A model generated the notes under the pieces. It was given only the letters and a program-made list of their open reading frames with translations. It was not told the origin of the DNA and searched no databases. Shown piece after piece: positions 14,500 through 61,750 of a stretch of 64,000 bases of DNA (position 1 is the stretch's first letter; the number at the start of each line of letters is the position of its first letter). This stretch comes from Camelus dromedarius (taxonomy: Eukaryota), in the NCBI RefSeq assembly GCF_036321535.1, contig NC_087437.1:83578001-83642000 (forward strand), written 5' to 3'. Position numbers and translations under genes: made by a program.

Positions 14500-17290
14500 G
14501 TGAGCTTTTAATATTGGTTTTATTTATTTTTTAACTAAGAAGCAAGAGGGAGTAATTGGAAAGCAGAAAATATGTACAAAGTCAGTTAAAATGCTACAGT
14601 ATTTTAATGTATCAGAATTACATGCAGGATGTATTTACCTTAAGTTTTCTTCAGAGTAACTGCATTTTATTTATAGAAATCACAACAAGGTGGGCCAAAA
14701 ATTTCAAAGGAAAAAAATAAGTAATAAGACAATCGTAAGTTTTAGCAGACAACTTATAAATAAATAGAAAACAAATATAACTCAGCCCTTTTGTGGTTTA
14801 TAAGGCACAGGCTGAATAGTACCACATATAAATATTTAAATGCAAAACATACAACAGGCTAACTTTTGAACATTTTATGAGGTGTTATATTGAAATGTGG
14901 AGCTTAATGAATTACACTTTGCAACACAGTGATGTCTAAACATGAAATAAAAAGCTTGCTTGAGCTTTAATGCAATAAATTTTAATTGCATAATGCTAAA
15001 TACAAACACAATAACCTCAGCATTTGCACACTTACATGGCATCCTGTGACCACTGCAGTCCAACTTGCTGTACATAATCTTTACATGAAAATGTAGAGTA
15101 GGAATAAATGTTTATTATAGACTATACACTAGATTTGGAGATCATGGAAACAAAGGAAAAAATTAGTATGTCCCTCTCTTCTAAATATTTGCTTAAGTGT
15201 GAATTACTATAGTATATGGAATACTAATTAACTTACTAGCATCAACATAGTTTTATTTTTATCAGTCATTTCTTCCCAGAGTTTAAAATTTGAAGTGTTA
15301 ATAGACTTAAAAGAAGCAAAAACAAAAAAACAAAAACCAAAAAAACCAGTAGTCCTTTGTTCCTGACCTCCTCTAGCCCCATTCGGGTCTCCCACTGCAG
15401 TGAGACTTTCCCAACCTTTTAGCTGTTCTTATGGCAGACAGCTCTATATTTCTAAAATCAGCAACACTCTTAGCTCTTGAATCACCCATTTTAAACAGAA
15501 CTTTTGGTTCTGAATCTCAGCATCATTTACCAGCTTTGTGACCTTTAACAAATAAACTTTGAGGCCTCAGTTTCCTTCTCTACAAAACAAATACTAGAAT
15601 CTACTACATGAGGTTATTGTGAGGATTATATGATGCAAAATCCCACATATGTATGATATCTTGCTCAAAACAGAGTGACCATATAGTGATAGCTATTATT
15701 ATTGTTACCTACTGTAGATGAGATTTGAATTCTCTTAAAACACCCCTTTCTCCATCCTCCTAAAACAGTTACATAATATTAATTTTTTTTATTAAAGTCA
15801 GTGTTTTCATCTTCATGTCCTTTTTTATATCTGAGGCAATTCGAGACTCACTTTGTATCCTCATCAAAACAATTTATGAGAGAAAGCTAGCTAAAATGCT
15901 GGTTCACTGGAACATTCTGGATAACTTTCAATTTGCCAAATTCTAAATCACTGGGATTTCTGCACTAAGAGAAAATGGACTACAGAATTTTTACTGTAGT
16001 TTTAAAATTATTTTATTCAATCTCTGTGAAAATACCACTACCATAGTTACTATAACACATCCTTATTACTCACTTACCCTTTCCCTTTTATTTTTATCAT
16101 TTTCACAGCTAAGGATATTTAAGAGGTTACACACTGATATTACAGTTTTTCCTTATACGTAATATTTTTCAGGATTCACACCATTGCTCAGTATACTGTT
16201 TCCCAGTGATTAATTTGAAATGAAAGCTTCTATTTAGAGTTTATAATTGTAAGTAGTCTCCAAGTTGTGAGAAGTAACACAATTTGCATACAGTAAATGG
16301 CAGAGATATGTTTAAAATTCTAAAGAACATTTTTGTAGCAGTTTATGCTCAGGAAAAACATAGTTGGTGAGTCACAGTCTATTTTAACAAAGTAGTGCAG
16401 TAAACTGGAGACATTTTAACAGAAGAAAGAAGAAGTAAGTTGTAATAATTGTGAAGAATCACATTAATTCATTTCTATACTTCTTAATCTTAAGATGCAG
16501 TATTTTCATTCAGCCAATGTAATAAAATTATGAATGAAAAGATTCTCAAATTCTCCCTCAAATTTAAGTACTCTAAGGAAAAGGAATATGTTTCATTTAT
16601 CTTGTATCACCATTGCCTAGGAAAATGCCAAACTAGTATAGGTATAGAGATGTTTCATATATATTCACTGGATAAATTTAGCTTAACTTGGTTTCAGGTA
16701 ATTTACAAATGTTTGACAGTAAAACACCAAATACCATAGTAACACACCATTATTCTTTTTAGCATACAAAGCATCCTACTTGGTACACTTTATGTTTTAT
16801 TAGTGGTGACATATAGAAAAACTTTAATATATATTAATTACCCAATGGTCCCTTATAAATATTTAAAGTTCTTTTTCCACAAGCACAATCATACTACAAA
16901 AGTCATATGATAAACTAAATTTTTAGAAGACAATTAAAAAAAGTAAAATGCATTAAAGATATCATAAATCATGATGAGATATTGAGATGGCTTATAACTC
17001 TGACTTTAAACATTCTAGTTACAATCAAATGCAGACTTTTAACAAGAAGTCGGTAATTCTGGGGAGGGAGCCCTTCTGAGGAAAAATTTAATTTTCATAT
17101 AATTAATGGCCAGATTAGCATACCTGAAGTCCTATGTTCTTAAAAACCTCATTCAGAGTCCATAAATGCAAGCAGAAGATTATAAAGTATTCTCAGATGT
17201 ACAAACACCTTTTAAGAAATTTAAAGTTCAGTTTGCTTTAAGATATATTCCTTGAATTGAAAATTGTTGAGGTTTCCAAATACTATCTTT
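14500..17290 (-). other. ARL6: ARL6 3' UTR with several candidate poly(A) signals; distal end uncertain
   Basis: AT-rich sequence downstream of the stop. Minus-strand AATAAA at 16796-16801, 15111-15116, 14666-14671 and 14519-14528. The sequence alone cannot tell which are used. Confidence 0.5.
15495..15705 (+). mobile_element. MIR fragment
   Basis: tgtgacctt...gcctcagtttcctt...gaggttattgtgaggatta, the MIR core. Confidence 0.65.
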
Positions 17291-52599
<35,309 letters not shown>

Positions 52600-52799
52600 T
52601 CAAAAATTTCATAATTTAAAGACACAGGGATACTGTGAAAACCATGATAATGTAGCTTTGCACTTAGTAAACAGAGTTTAAGCTGATTACCAGAAATGAG
52701 CCTTAACTGAAATGCAGATTGGCAGCTTATAACCCCTGGTAACACAGAATAATGCCCTTGAAATAACTCTACATTTCTCATAGTAACTTATAATATTTA

Positions 52800-53160
52800 A
52801 GAAGAAAATGTGGTTAAATTCAGTGTCATGAGAGGTCTGCCATTTGTGCTACCTGAGGTCTGCCATTTCTGCAGCCTTTTCGGGAAATCTGGAACAACGT
52901 ACAGGCAACGGCGTTCACATGGGGTCTGATGCTGAAGCTCAGAAGCAGAAGGCAAACCAGAATAACAGAGAAAAACTGAGATTTTGGCTCTATCATTTGA
53001 GCCATTGGCTAAATCTTTTTCTATAGCCAGCCCCATTGCTGTATTTGCAATAATATGAACTAATAAATATTAAATTTACCCTTTTTGTTTGTCTGCTTGA
53101 TTATATCCAGTTTAGGTTATGTTTTCTATCAGTAGAAACAAAGAATCCTAACTGATATAT
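52800..53160 (+). mobile_element. MaLR (MLT1-type) LTR remnant
   Basis: Ends aaacaaagaatcctaactgatata (MLT1-like 3' terminus), with an AATAAA upstream. Confidence 0.55.
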
Positions 53161-54872
53161 TTATCTTAATTTCTCTTTAGTCCTTACATATATCCTCGTA
53201 AGTCAACACAAATCCATTTGGGAAGAAGGCTATGTATAAAATACACAATTTCATTGAACTTTAATAAATATCTGTTTCTTTGAAACTATAACTTACCTGA
53301 AATATCCAGTTAAACATTATTTTAAAATAACTTTAATTAGTATACTAGTAAAGTATAGGAACCCTAATACCAATCTTATATTTTAATCTCATTTTCTCAA
53401 ATACCATAAAAGTTTCTTTGTTAACTTGTCCCTGAAGGGTTCATTTGTTTGTTTATCAATTCTTCCTTTGGGAAAAAAAAATCCTTCCAATTAAAACCTC
53501 AAAAAAGGAAAACAGAAACAAAAACAAAAACCAAACTTCATCAGCAATCCACCTATTTTGAAGTCAAATAAAATTGCTGATGACATATTGCTGGCTATGT
53601 GGTAAATTTATGGCTATTCATATCCTTTAAGGTACTGTTAGATTTAGACTTCTGGTCTTCAAATGAAACTTTCCCAAGGTTCTGTCTTTGGGTCCATCAC
53701 TCCCACCCTAAAAAACATGTAGTGAGAGAAGAAAGAGATTGCCTTTGCCAGCCCTTAGCTGCAGAGACTGCTACAGCAGTAACTACAAAACACCTGTATT
53801 CCAAACATTTCCTATTACTCCCCAAACCATCTTTTTCAAAATTTCTAAATGTTAATATCATTTAATTCATCTCTGTATAAGGCTCCAGAAGCCTGTCATT
53901 TTATAGCTATTTCAGTATTTTTCATTCCATACCAGCCAGGCAAGACCATACCTTGTAGGCCACTTAAAAAATGCAGCCACTTGAAAAATAAGAGGCTTCC
54001 GAGACAACTGCATCTGAAAGCAGGCTGCATCAACAATTTTGTTTGGGCCACTTCAGAGATCATTGTGGACAGAAATTTCAAAACTGAATTCCAGTGATAT
54101 GTGGAAAAGAGAAGGTGCAATGCCTCACCCAAGCATGAGGCCACAGGTGTCTGTCTTACCCAAGGGATGGGTCTGACTTCAGGAATTCCATTTGTGCCGC
54201 TTGAATCGACTTTTCCTCTTGTGTTAGAGATTCAAATCTCACTCAATCTGTTCCTCTAAATCTCAACTTAAGGACAGGCATCTGTAGAATCTACTTTAAG
54301 TTAGCCTTCTGATATCATGAAACAAATCATATAGATCATTTTATCAAAATAAATTTGATATAACTCACTTTGTTATTAATTGTACTAAGCATATTGATAC
54401 AGGCTTATACCTTGCTTTCCAATTTCCATACAGTTTTGAATGGATTTTTAAAAATACGACCACTTCTCACATCATCCCCCTCTGAGCATCTATATAAAGC
54501 ATTGATTGTCAAAAGCTTGATACCTGAATATTTGTCTTTTTTTCATAGAACCTTGGGTTGTGATTTGCCATCCCTTTTTCATGGATTATCAAGCACCTAA
54601 TGCTTGTTATTGAAAAACTCTGGGACAATTTACAAGAGAAGTCAGGTGTTCTAAAAGATATAATTACATTTATTGAAGTAGCTTTGTAACATCTACCTTA
54701 TAGCCTTATATATGCTTTTATTTCTCAGTAATTCTACATTTTTATGTTTACTTTTTGCATACATGAAAGAGGGAAATGAAAGATAACAGTTTAAATCTCT
54801 CAGCATTCATTTGGGGGCTCCTAAGTCCACAGTAGGAGATACAATGAAAGTTTTCTGTATCTCCCTACTCCT

Positions 54873-55010
54873 ACAGCCATGATTCTCAACCCTGCCTGCA
54901 CAATGGAATCAGCTAATTGGATTAGTATATCTGAAGATGGAATGAGGGCATCTGTTTTAAAAAGCTACATAGCGTTTCTGATGTACAGTCACTATTAGAA
55001 CTACTGGCTT
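54873..55010. mobile_element. MER5-type hAT-Charlie MITE
   Basis: gattctcaaccctgcctgcacaatggaatca...ttctgatgtacagtc...agaactactg. Confidence 0.6.
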
Positions 55011-55604
55011 TTAGAATAAAGTCTAAACTTTCATGCACAGCTTTTAAAGTTGTTTACAATCGGACTCCAGTCGACCTTTCCAGTTTCTTATCTCACTGTT
55101 TTCCTCTCTGAATACCAGCCAATCAAATTCTCTTGGCTGTCATCAAAGAAACTGCTTTCTAAAGGATTTTTTCACTTGTTGCCAGAAAAGTCCTGAAGAA
55201 TTAGGACACTATCCATAGCTAAGAGCTTGGAAGGTAAGTTGTAGAGTGGTCGGGCAAAGAAGACACCATGAATGGTACTTCATAAACTTTAAAAATGTTT
55301 CTAGAGTGAATTATATAGCACACCCAATAAACATTTTTATTCAGCTTTCAGTTTTTGATGACGGAATTTCAATTATACTTCGTACACACCAAACAAAAAG
55401 GCCCAATCTGGGTAGTGTTAAAACCACCCAATCAAACAAAAACTCACCCAGAGCAGTGCAATGAGTTTTCTGGGGTTCCTAGCCCACTTCTTCTTTTCTA
55501 CCTCTCACACATTAGAAACAACTACACGCAGGGAAAAACATGGGCAAGAGCAACTCTAAAACTGGCGGCGGGACTGGGGGGCGGCGCTGCGGGGTGGGAG
55601 ATAC

Positions 55605-55850
55605 CTGCTCTTTGACGTTTGTCTCGCGGGCCCAGGAGCTGCTGAACAGGAACGAACGCACTCGCTCCTTTCCGTCTCTGGACAGAGAATGTGGTGCGGA
55701 CGCCACTCAGCCTTTTTCCCTAGGCCTCCATAGGAAGAAGGACGCCTGGTCCTGAACAAAACTGCCTCTGCAAGTTCGGCGAAGGGGCAGCGTCTGCCTC
55801 AGCCCAAGCATCAGTGGCTGGGCAGGCGCCTTGGTGCCTTTAGGTGCGTG
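55605..55850 (-). other. ARL6: Probable non-coding first exon of ARL6 (5' boundary approximate)
   Basis: Donor GAGCAG|gtatct at 55605/55604 inside the CpG island, downstream of the X-box. The ATG exon starts with an acceptor, so an upstream exon must exist. Confidence 0.6.
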
Positions 55851-55852
55851 GC

Positions 55853-55866
55853 GTTCCCGTGGCAAC
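55853..55866. promoter_or_regulatory. RFX X-box
   Basis: GTTCCCGTGGCAAC matches the palindromic X-box GTTGCCATGGCAAC at 12/14 positions, with a perfect GGCAAC half-site. RFX control is typical of ciliary/BBS genes. Confidence 0.8.
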
Positions 55867-55911
55867 CGAAGGTTCTTCCGGTCTGAAGCCACGCCTCCTC
55901 AGAGGTCTTAG

Positions 55912-55918
55912 TGCGTCA
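55912..55918 (-). promoter_or_regulatory. CRE/ATF-like site (TGACGCA)
   Basis: TGACG half-CRE ~46 bp upstream of the X-box; motif match only. Confidence 0.35.
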
Positions 55919-58447
55919 GTCGCCGCACACTCGTTGTGAATTGAAAAGGTCCCCAAAATGCCAGAGGCACAGCGAGGAGTATTAAAGAAGTGTGAGCAAG
56001 GGTGACTGGACGATCTGCCGCCTTCCAGCGAGGAGCTGGGCAGTCCGCGTGGAGCATGACGGGAGTTGTAGGCACGCGCACAGCCTGCTGGGAACGTGTG
56101 GCGTCCGCCTTTGCGGCGGGCTTTTCTTGCAGCGCCAGGCTCCCAGCCAGCTCGGGGATGTCCGCTCTTGGGGATCGGCGCTCAGAGCGCTGGGGCGCCT
56201 GCGTTGGCGTCGGGCAGGGCCGCAGCGTGGTGGCTACAGCTGCAGGAGCCGATTGCATCTAGGGCGAGGTGTGCGGCGGACAGGCCCCTTGCCCATCGCA
56301 CCTACCCTCTTCCAGGTCTGCTGGGCCTCATACCCGGGGGACCAGGAGAAGCAAGACTGTTACTGTTGGTAGGGAGAGGAGATAGACTCAAAGGCATTAT
56401 TTGGCAAAGGAAATAATGCCCGTAACCTGGCTTCTTAGCTGTCTGATCTCCTGAAGAGATTTCCATGAGGCATAGTCTCCTGTGATTAAATTACAGTCTC
56501 CAGAATCAAATCTGCGGGTGGTCAGGAAAGGAATCCATAGTCGGAATGCTTAAACACCTTCTTAAATTGCTCTGGGGTGTTAATAGTAAATGATTCATTT
56601 CCTTTGTCAGTCGTGAGTATGATTGTTTCCCCCCTCCAACTACCTAATGTTATGTTTACTACCCTACCTGGTCTTTGGCATATAAATTATTTTGGCCTAT
56701 TAAATGAATTAGGTTGAAAAAAAGAGACTAGAAAGAATTATATAAAAGGCTGTATTATCATGATCATGGGGTGGTTTTCTTTCATTTTCCAAATTTTCAA
56801 ATATGGTTCTGTTATTTTTATGATGGAAAAAAATGTGGTCTGGGCTAGTGACTGTTGAAAGAGAAGAACTGACAAAACACAAAAAACAGTAGCTGCATAT
56901 ACAAAACAACTTATTTACCAATGTCCTTGTAAAAATGGAGTATGGAAATATAGTCTTTATTGTGTGGCCTTAGGCCAATTAACCTGCTCTATTATTCAGC
57001 TTCCTCACCTTCAAAATGACACTACTTCAACTGGTTGTTTTGAGGAATAAATGGATAACAGAAGTATATGTGTTTGGCACAGTGTAGGTGTTCGATAAAT
57101 AATTTCCTGTCTTCCCTTGTCATGAAATTTTTATTATATGGATAGGATTTTTAAATGTGGTCCTTCACCTTCTGACTCAATGAATTTACAGTAAGGTGTT
57201 GATTACTTTTCTGTGTGTCTGGATATTGTGACTCACTCTGATAAAAGTTGGAAGCTACATGCAGATAGCCAGACTTTGACATTTTTTTTTTTTTTTAGAG
57301 CTAAGCAGAAATCTTATGTTTCAGGAAACTTTAGTAGACAGACAAGTTTTCCTGTTTGGAGTTGATACTTTATGCCCCTAAGCTGAGTTCTGTTTTTGCT
57401 TAGTATAAAATATTTAGTGAAAACTGGACATACAATGGGGAGACTGGATATCTAACTTTTCAGTAAATTTAAGCAGATAATATAATTCTTAAAAAGAAAT
57501 TAGCTAAGTGAATAGTTCTCTTAAGGTACATAATTCTCTTAAAAATTTTAGCTAAGTAGTTATCTTAAATGAGTGTAGTTGATATGTTGGCTTATTATTA
57601 TTAGAGACCAAATAGTGGTCATGAAACCCTCAATCTACTCCATAACCGAGAAAATGCTAGTTTTCAAAACTAACAACCTTAAAAAAAGTAAATGTTTCAT
57701 ATGGCTGAATCTGCCATTTTGGTGCTTTGCCAATGGAAACAACTCTCAACAGCACACTCAAGGCTCAACATAAAAATTGGTTTTCCTTGATTTAGGACGT
57801 TAGTTTGGTTCTCCTCATTTTATTAGAAGAATAAGAAGTTTTAAAATGGTATGTAGTCTTATGAGGGCTACTTAAGATACCTGTATAAGGAAAGAAAGTT
57901 TCAAGTACTTTATTATTGGTTAAAATTTCATACTGGCTTTTGAAACTGTAGTAGAAGAATTATAAGAGAGAAGAGTGAGATATGATGAATCCAGCACTAT
58001 TCTGGTTAATTCAAGATACAATTAATGTGTTTTCTTACCAGGAACTTTAAGAAAATATATAGAAAATCCATGATTCATAATTTATTGGAAGATTTTTGGA
58101 ATGAATGTTGATGGTCTAAAGCTGTTTGAATAGTTGTATATTATGTGTATCTTTTGGTCATTTGAATTTGTATACAGTATTACCCATGCAATGGACAGTT
58201 TAATTTACTTGAATCTCACAAAATATTTTGCTGATACACAATCATTACAAAAGTATGTCCCAATTATTTATAGTGATTTATGTCTTGACCTTAATGATGT
58301 TATTTTGAAAACTTACAGCTATGATTTTGTCTCCAGAATTACTCATAAAGAACATCTAGACTTAATAGACTAAAAAATAAATTATATTAAATATGATCAA
58401 TACAACAATACAAAAAAGTCACAAATTCAACCACCAGAACTGTAACT

Positions 58448-58453
58448 TTTATT
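58448..58453 (-). terminator. Candidate poly(A) signal of an upstream same-strand transcript (probably EPHA6 distal 3' end)
   Basis: Minus-strand AATAAA followed by a GT/T-rich downstream element (gttctggtggttgaatttgtgacttttttgtattgttgtattg). Gene identity is inferred from mammalian EPHA6-ARL6-CRYBG3 synteny only. Confidence 0.45.
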
Positions 58454-60116
58454 TACTAATAGATATTTTAATAAACAGGCTTACTCCATCTGTAAGACCC
58501 TGATAATGCCTCTTAGGAAATCATAGAAAAATAAAATACAGTAATTAGTTACTTGTACTTTGTACAAAAATCTTATTATGTTGCTCAGCAGGTAGTTTTG
58601 CTAAACACCATATTCTTTCATCAAATAGATGACATATGTAATGCAACTCACGACAAACGACCCCTCATTGAGAGCTGAGCATTCTATAACTCTATTAACT
58701 TCTAAGCATGCCAGCACATGAAAATTTACATGGAACATCATAATATTACAGTAGACTTTTATAAGATGAAAACAATACTGCCTTCAAGTAAGTCTGGACT
58801 ACTTCACTGTCACAGTAAAGTAGGTAATAGGTAGGATTGCAGTTCTATTGTTAACACCCTCTTACTGTGTTTATCTTTCTACAATGTTGTGATACAACCA
58901 GAAAAGAACATAGGCTGTATAAGGAACCTGAGTGGAGGGCATGTATTGAAACACTAGTGATGTAAAACCAAAGAGAAAAAAGTAATACAGTGCTGTGCTT
59001 CCTTATTCTCACAAACAGATCTTTTCCCCCTTTTGCAAGAGTAGATGGATTCAGTGCTAAATCCATATTTATGGTAAATAAGTTTATGATGGGTTACAAA
59101 AAGATGCATTTAAAAGTCATATTCATACTTATTGGAAGGACAAATGTTTTCAGCTGCAGTTTTTCACTAGTCAGATATTGCTCTATGAGGGATTAAATGT
59201 CTCAACCTAGACAGATGTTATCTAGGCACTTAATATAAATGTACTATTTAGTATTTAATAAATTCTTCAGGATTTGTGCTACAAAGATTTTTATAGCTTT
59301 TTTATTTTAAATACACTGCAACTGTCAAATCTACCATTTAATATTTGACATGGCCATTCAACTATTAAGTGATTAATCAAATACATATTTATATGTACAA
59401 TGTATCTCTATATTTTTGGCTATGCTAAAACAGCAAAAAAAAAGTAGAGCAGTCTTATTTCATTATTCACAATCTAATTTTACATCAAATCCAAGGAATA
59501 AATATGTACCTATAAATTCTAATACACTGAATTACATACAACCTACTCAGAAATGAAGCTCCAAGCACAAAGAACTCATCCTTCCTACAGGATAGGGAGG
59601 GCATAATGAAAAAAATTACCATAACCCCCTTCTCCTAAATGACAGATGTTTTTCATATGAAAACAAATCATAATAAAAGTATTGTTTTACCAAACAATTA
59701 AAGCCTGATTGCTTTTTAAAAAAAAATTCAGATGGGGGCTGAACCCCTCGCAATATAGTGTTCTGAGAAGACTGACAACTTGAGTGTGCAAAACACTTCT
59801 TTTATGATTAAGCCAATTTAATTTTCATAAGTTTTGACTTAGAATAGCTATAAGATATTTGTCTTTCACACTGTAATAGACAAAAATAACAACATGAGAA
59901 TTACCTATAGCATTGAGAAGTCCTCAATCTGTACGTTACATAAAAGAGTACTCTGTTATCAGCATCCTTGGAAAGCTCAGAATTCCAATTCAGATCTTCC
60001 AAATAAGATGTCTCAAAAATATTTAGTGAAAATGGCTTCAAAGTATTTTATATAATAGGTCTTTTTCCTGTTGGGTATTACATACACACAAATACCCACA
60101 TATATGTACACATATA

Positions 60117-60140
60117 TGTGTGTGTGTGTGTGTGTGTGTG
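60117..60140. repeat. (TG)n microsatellite
   Basis: Directly visible. Confidence 0.95.
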
Positions 60141-60149
60141 TTCCCTCTT

Positions 60150-60486
60150 TCCAACTACCTACACATCTCTCCTTCAACCTATACTCACTTCCCACTCCCC
60201 ATGTTGACTTTTAAATTCTCTTGGTAAAATAAAACTCCTCACATAGTAACATCCTTACCTTTTTATCACAAATCTACCAACCTATCAGCATATTACACAC
60301 TCTGCCTTCCCTCCCATTATAGTTCTATGTGTTTCCTCCTATCAAAAACTAACCTCCCTGTTTATGCTATGAATCTGAACCCTTCTACCTCCCAAAGCCT
60401 TTTCTATAATTAAATTCTCTCTTGCATAATTAGTTTTCCCCTTTCTACCAGATCATTCTCATAAATAAATAAATATGCTCTAGCTT

Positions 60487-60530
<44 letters not shown>

Positions 60531-61750
60531 CTTTCTTAACCCCATATCTACTTCCAGATACTTAGCTACTTACTGCCCTATTTTTCTTACTTTCTTGAGG
60601 TAAAACTTCTTGGAAGAGTTGTTTATAGATACTGACTCCACCTTCTTCCCTAAAGTATCTTCTTAAAGTATCCACATCAACCAGACTTTGATTTCATTAC
60701 TTCATAGACACTGCCCATGTCAAAACCAGCAATAACTCCATGTCACCAAGTCCAATGGCCATTTCTTTATTCCAATCTTGGCTTAAAGCATTTAATCCAG
60801 GTGGCCATTGGTTTTCTTTGTTCTCTTCCTTACCTTACACTACTCAGTGTCCTCTGCTGGCTTCTAGTTCTCTGCCTAGCTTCTACATTAGAATGCTCTG
60901 GATCTCAATCAAGGCCTAGTTCTCTATCTTATGGGCTTTCCCTAGGTGATTTAAAAACCTTAAATACCATTATACTGATGACTTCTAAATCTTGATACCT
61001 AACCCTGGTTGCTCCTTTTAACTCTTATATATAACTGCTTGGTAGTTCCATTTGAATATCTAACAGGTATCTCAGGCATTACATGGTTAAAACCAAACTT
61101 GATTTTTATCCTCCAAATGTGCTTCTCCTACACCACCATTAATTATGTTTCTTACTTTCCAAATGTAGAATTTATCTTCGATTTTTCTTTCTTCATCTCT
61201 CAGGCCCATTCCATTAGCCAGCCTCTATCTTCAAACACATTCAATACCCACTGGCTTCCCTTCATCTATTTCCACTTTAACAAAAGCCACTTTTCTCCCC
61301 TTAAATTACTGCAGTAGCCTCATAAATGTTCTTTGACCCCCCTCTCATTTTGGCCACTTTGGCTCATCTACTGCATACCGACCACACCGTTCTCTCTAGC
61401 CTCAAACATTCCGAACTCACACATCAAACTGTTCCCTCTGGCTTGAATGCTCTGCCCCCAGATTTTCTCATGACTGGTTCCTTCAGGCTTTTCAGATATC
61501 AGTTTAAAGATCACAACCTCAGAGAAGATTTCCCTTACCATTTTATATAAAGAAGCCACAGTCATGCTGTGTGACGTTATTAATTTAATTATCAGCATAG
61601 CACATCACTACTTCTTTATTGTCTTTACCATTAGAAGGTCAGTTTCATGAAGCTGGGGCTTTTGCTTGTCTTGGCCATTTTGTGTCCTCTGGGTTTAGAA
61701 CAGGACACTGGTACATGGTAGAGTTCAGTAAACATTAGTGAATGAATGGA
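60150..61750 (+). mobile_element. L2 element (long fragment)
   Basis: Pyrimidine-rich L2 body ending in cctctgggtttagaacaggacactggtacatggtagagttcagtaaacattagtgaatgaatg. Confidence 0.75.
60493..60528. repeat. (CA)n microsatellite
   Basis: Directly visible. Confidence 0.95.

Larger units (their letters stand above)
55520..56350. promoter_or_regulatory. ARL6: CpG island / ARL6 promoter
   Basis: The clearest GC- and CpG-dense non-repeat stretch in an AT-rich window, ~3 kb upstream of the ATG exon. Confidence 0.9.

Noticed and set aside
55512..56416. Several overlapping ORFs in the CpG island, and a possible plus-strand exon at ~56315-56367
   Set aside because: Expected from GC-rich, stop-poor sequence; no independent support for a divergent gene.
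57480..57570. Degenerate ~49-bp tandem duplication (ataatt...cttaaaaa...ttagctaagt)
   Set aside because: Two low-complexity AT-rich copies; no sign of function and no array or spacer structure.
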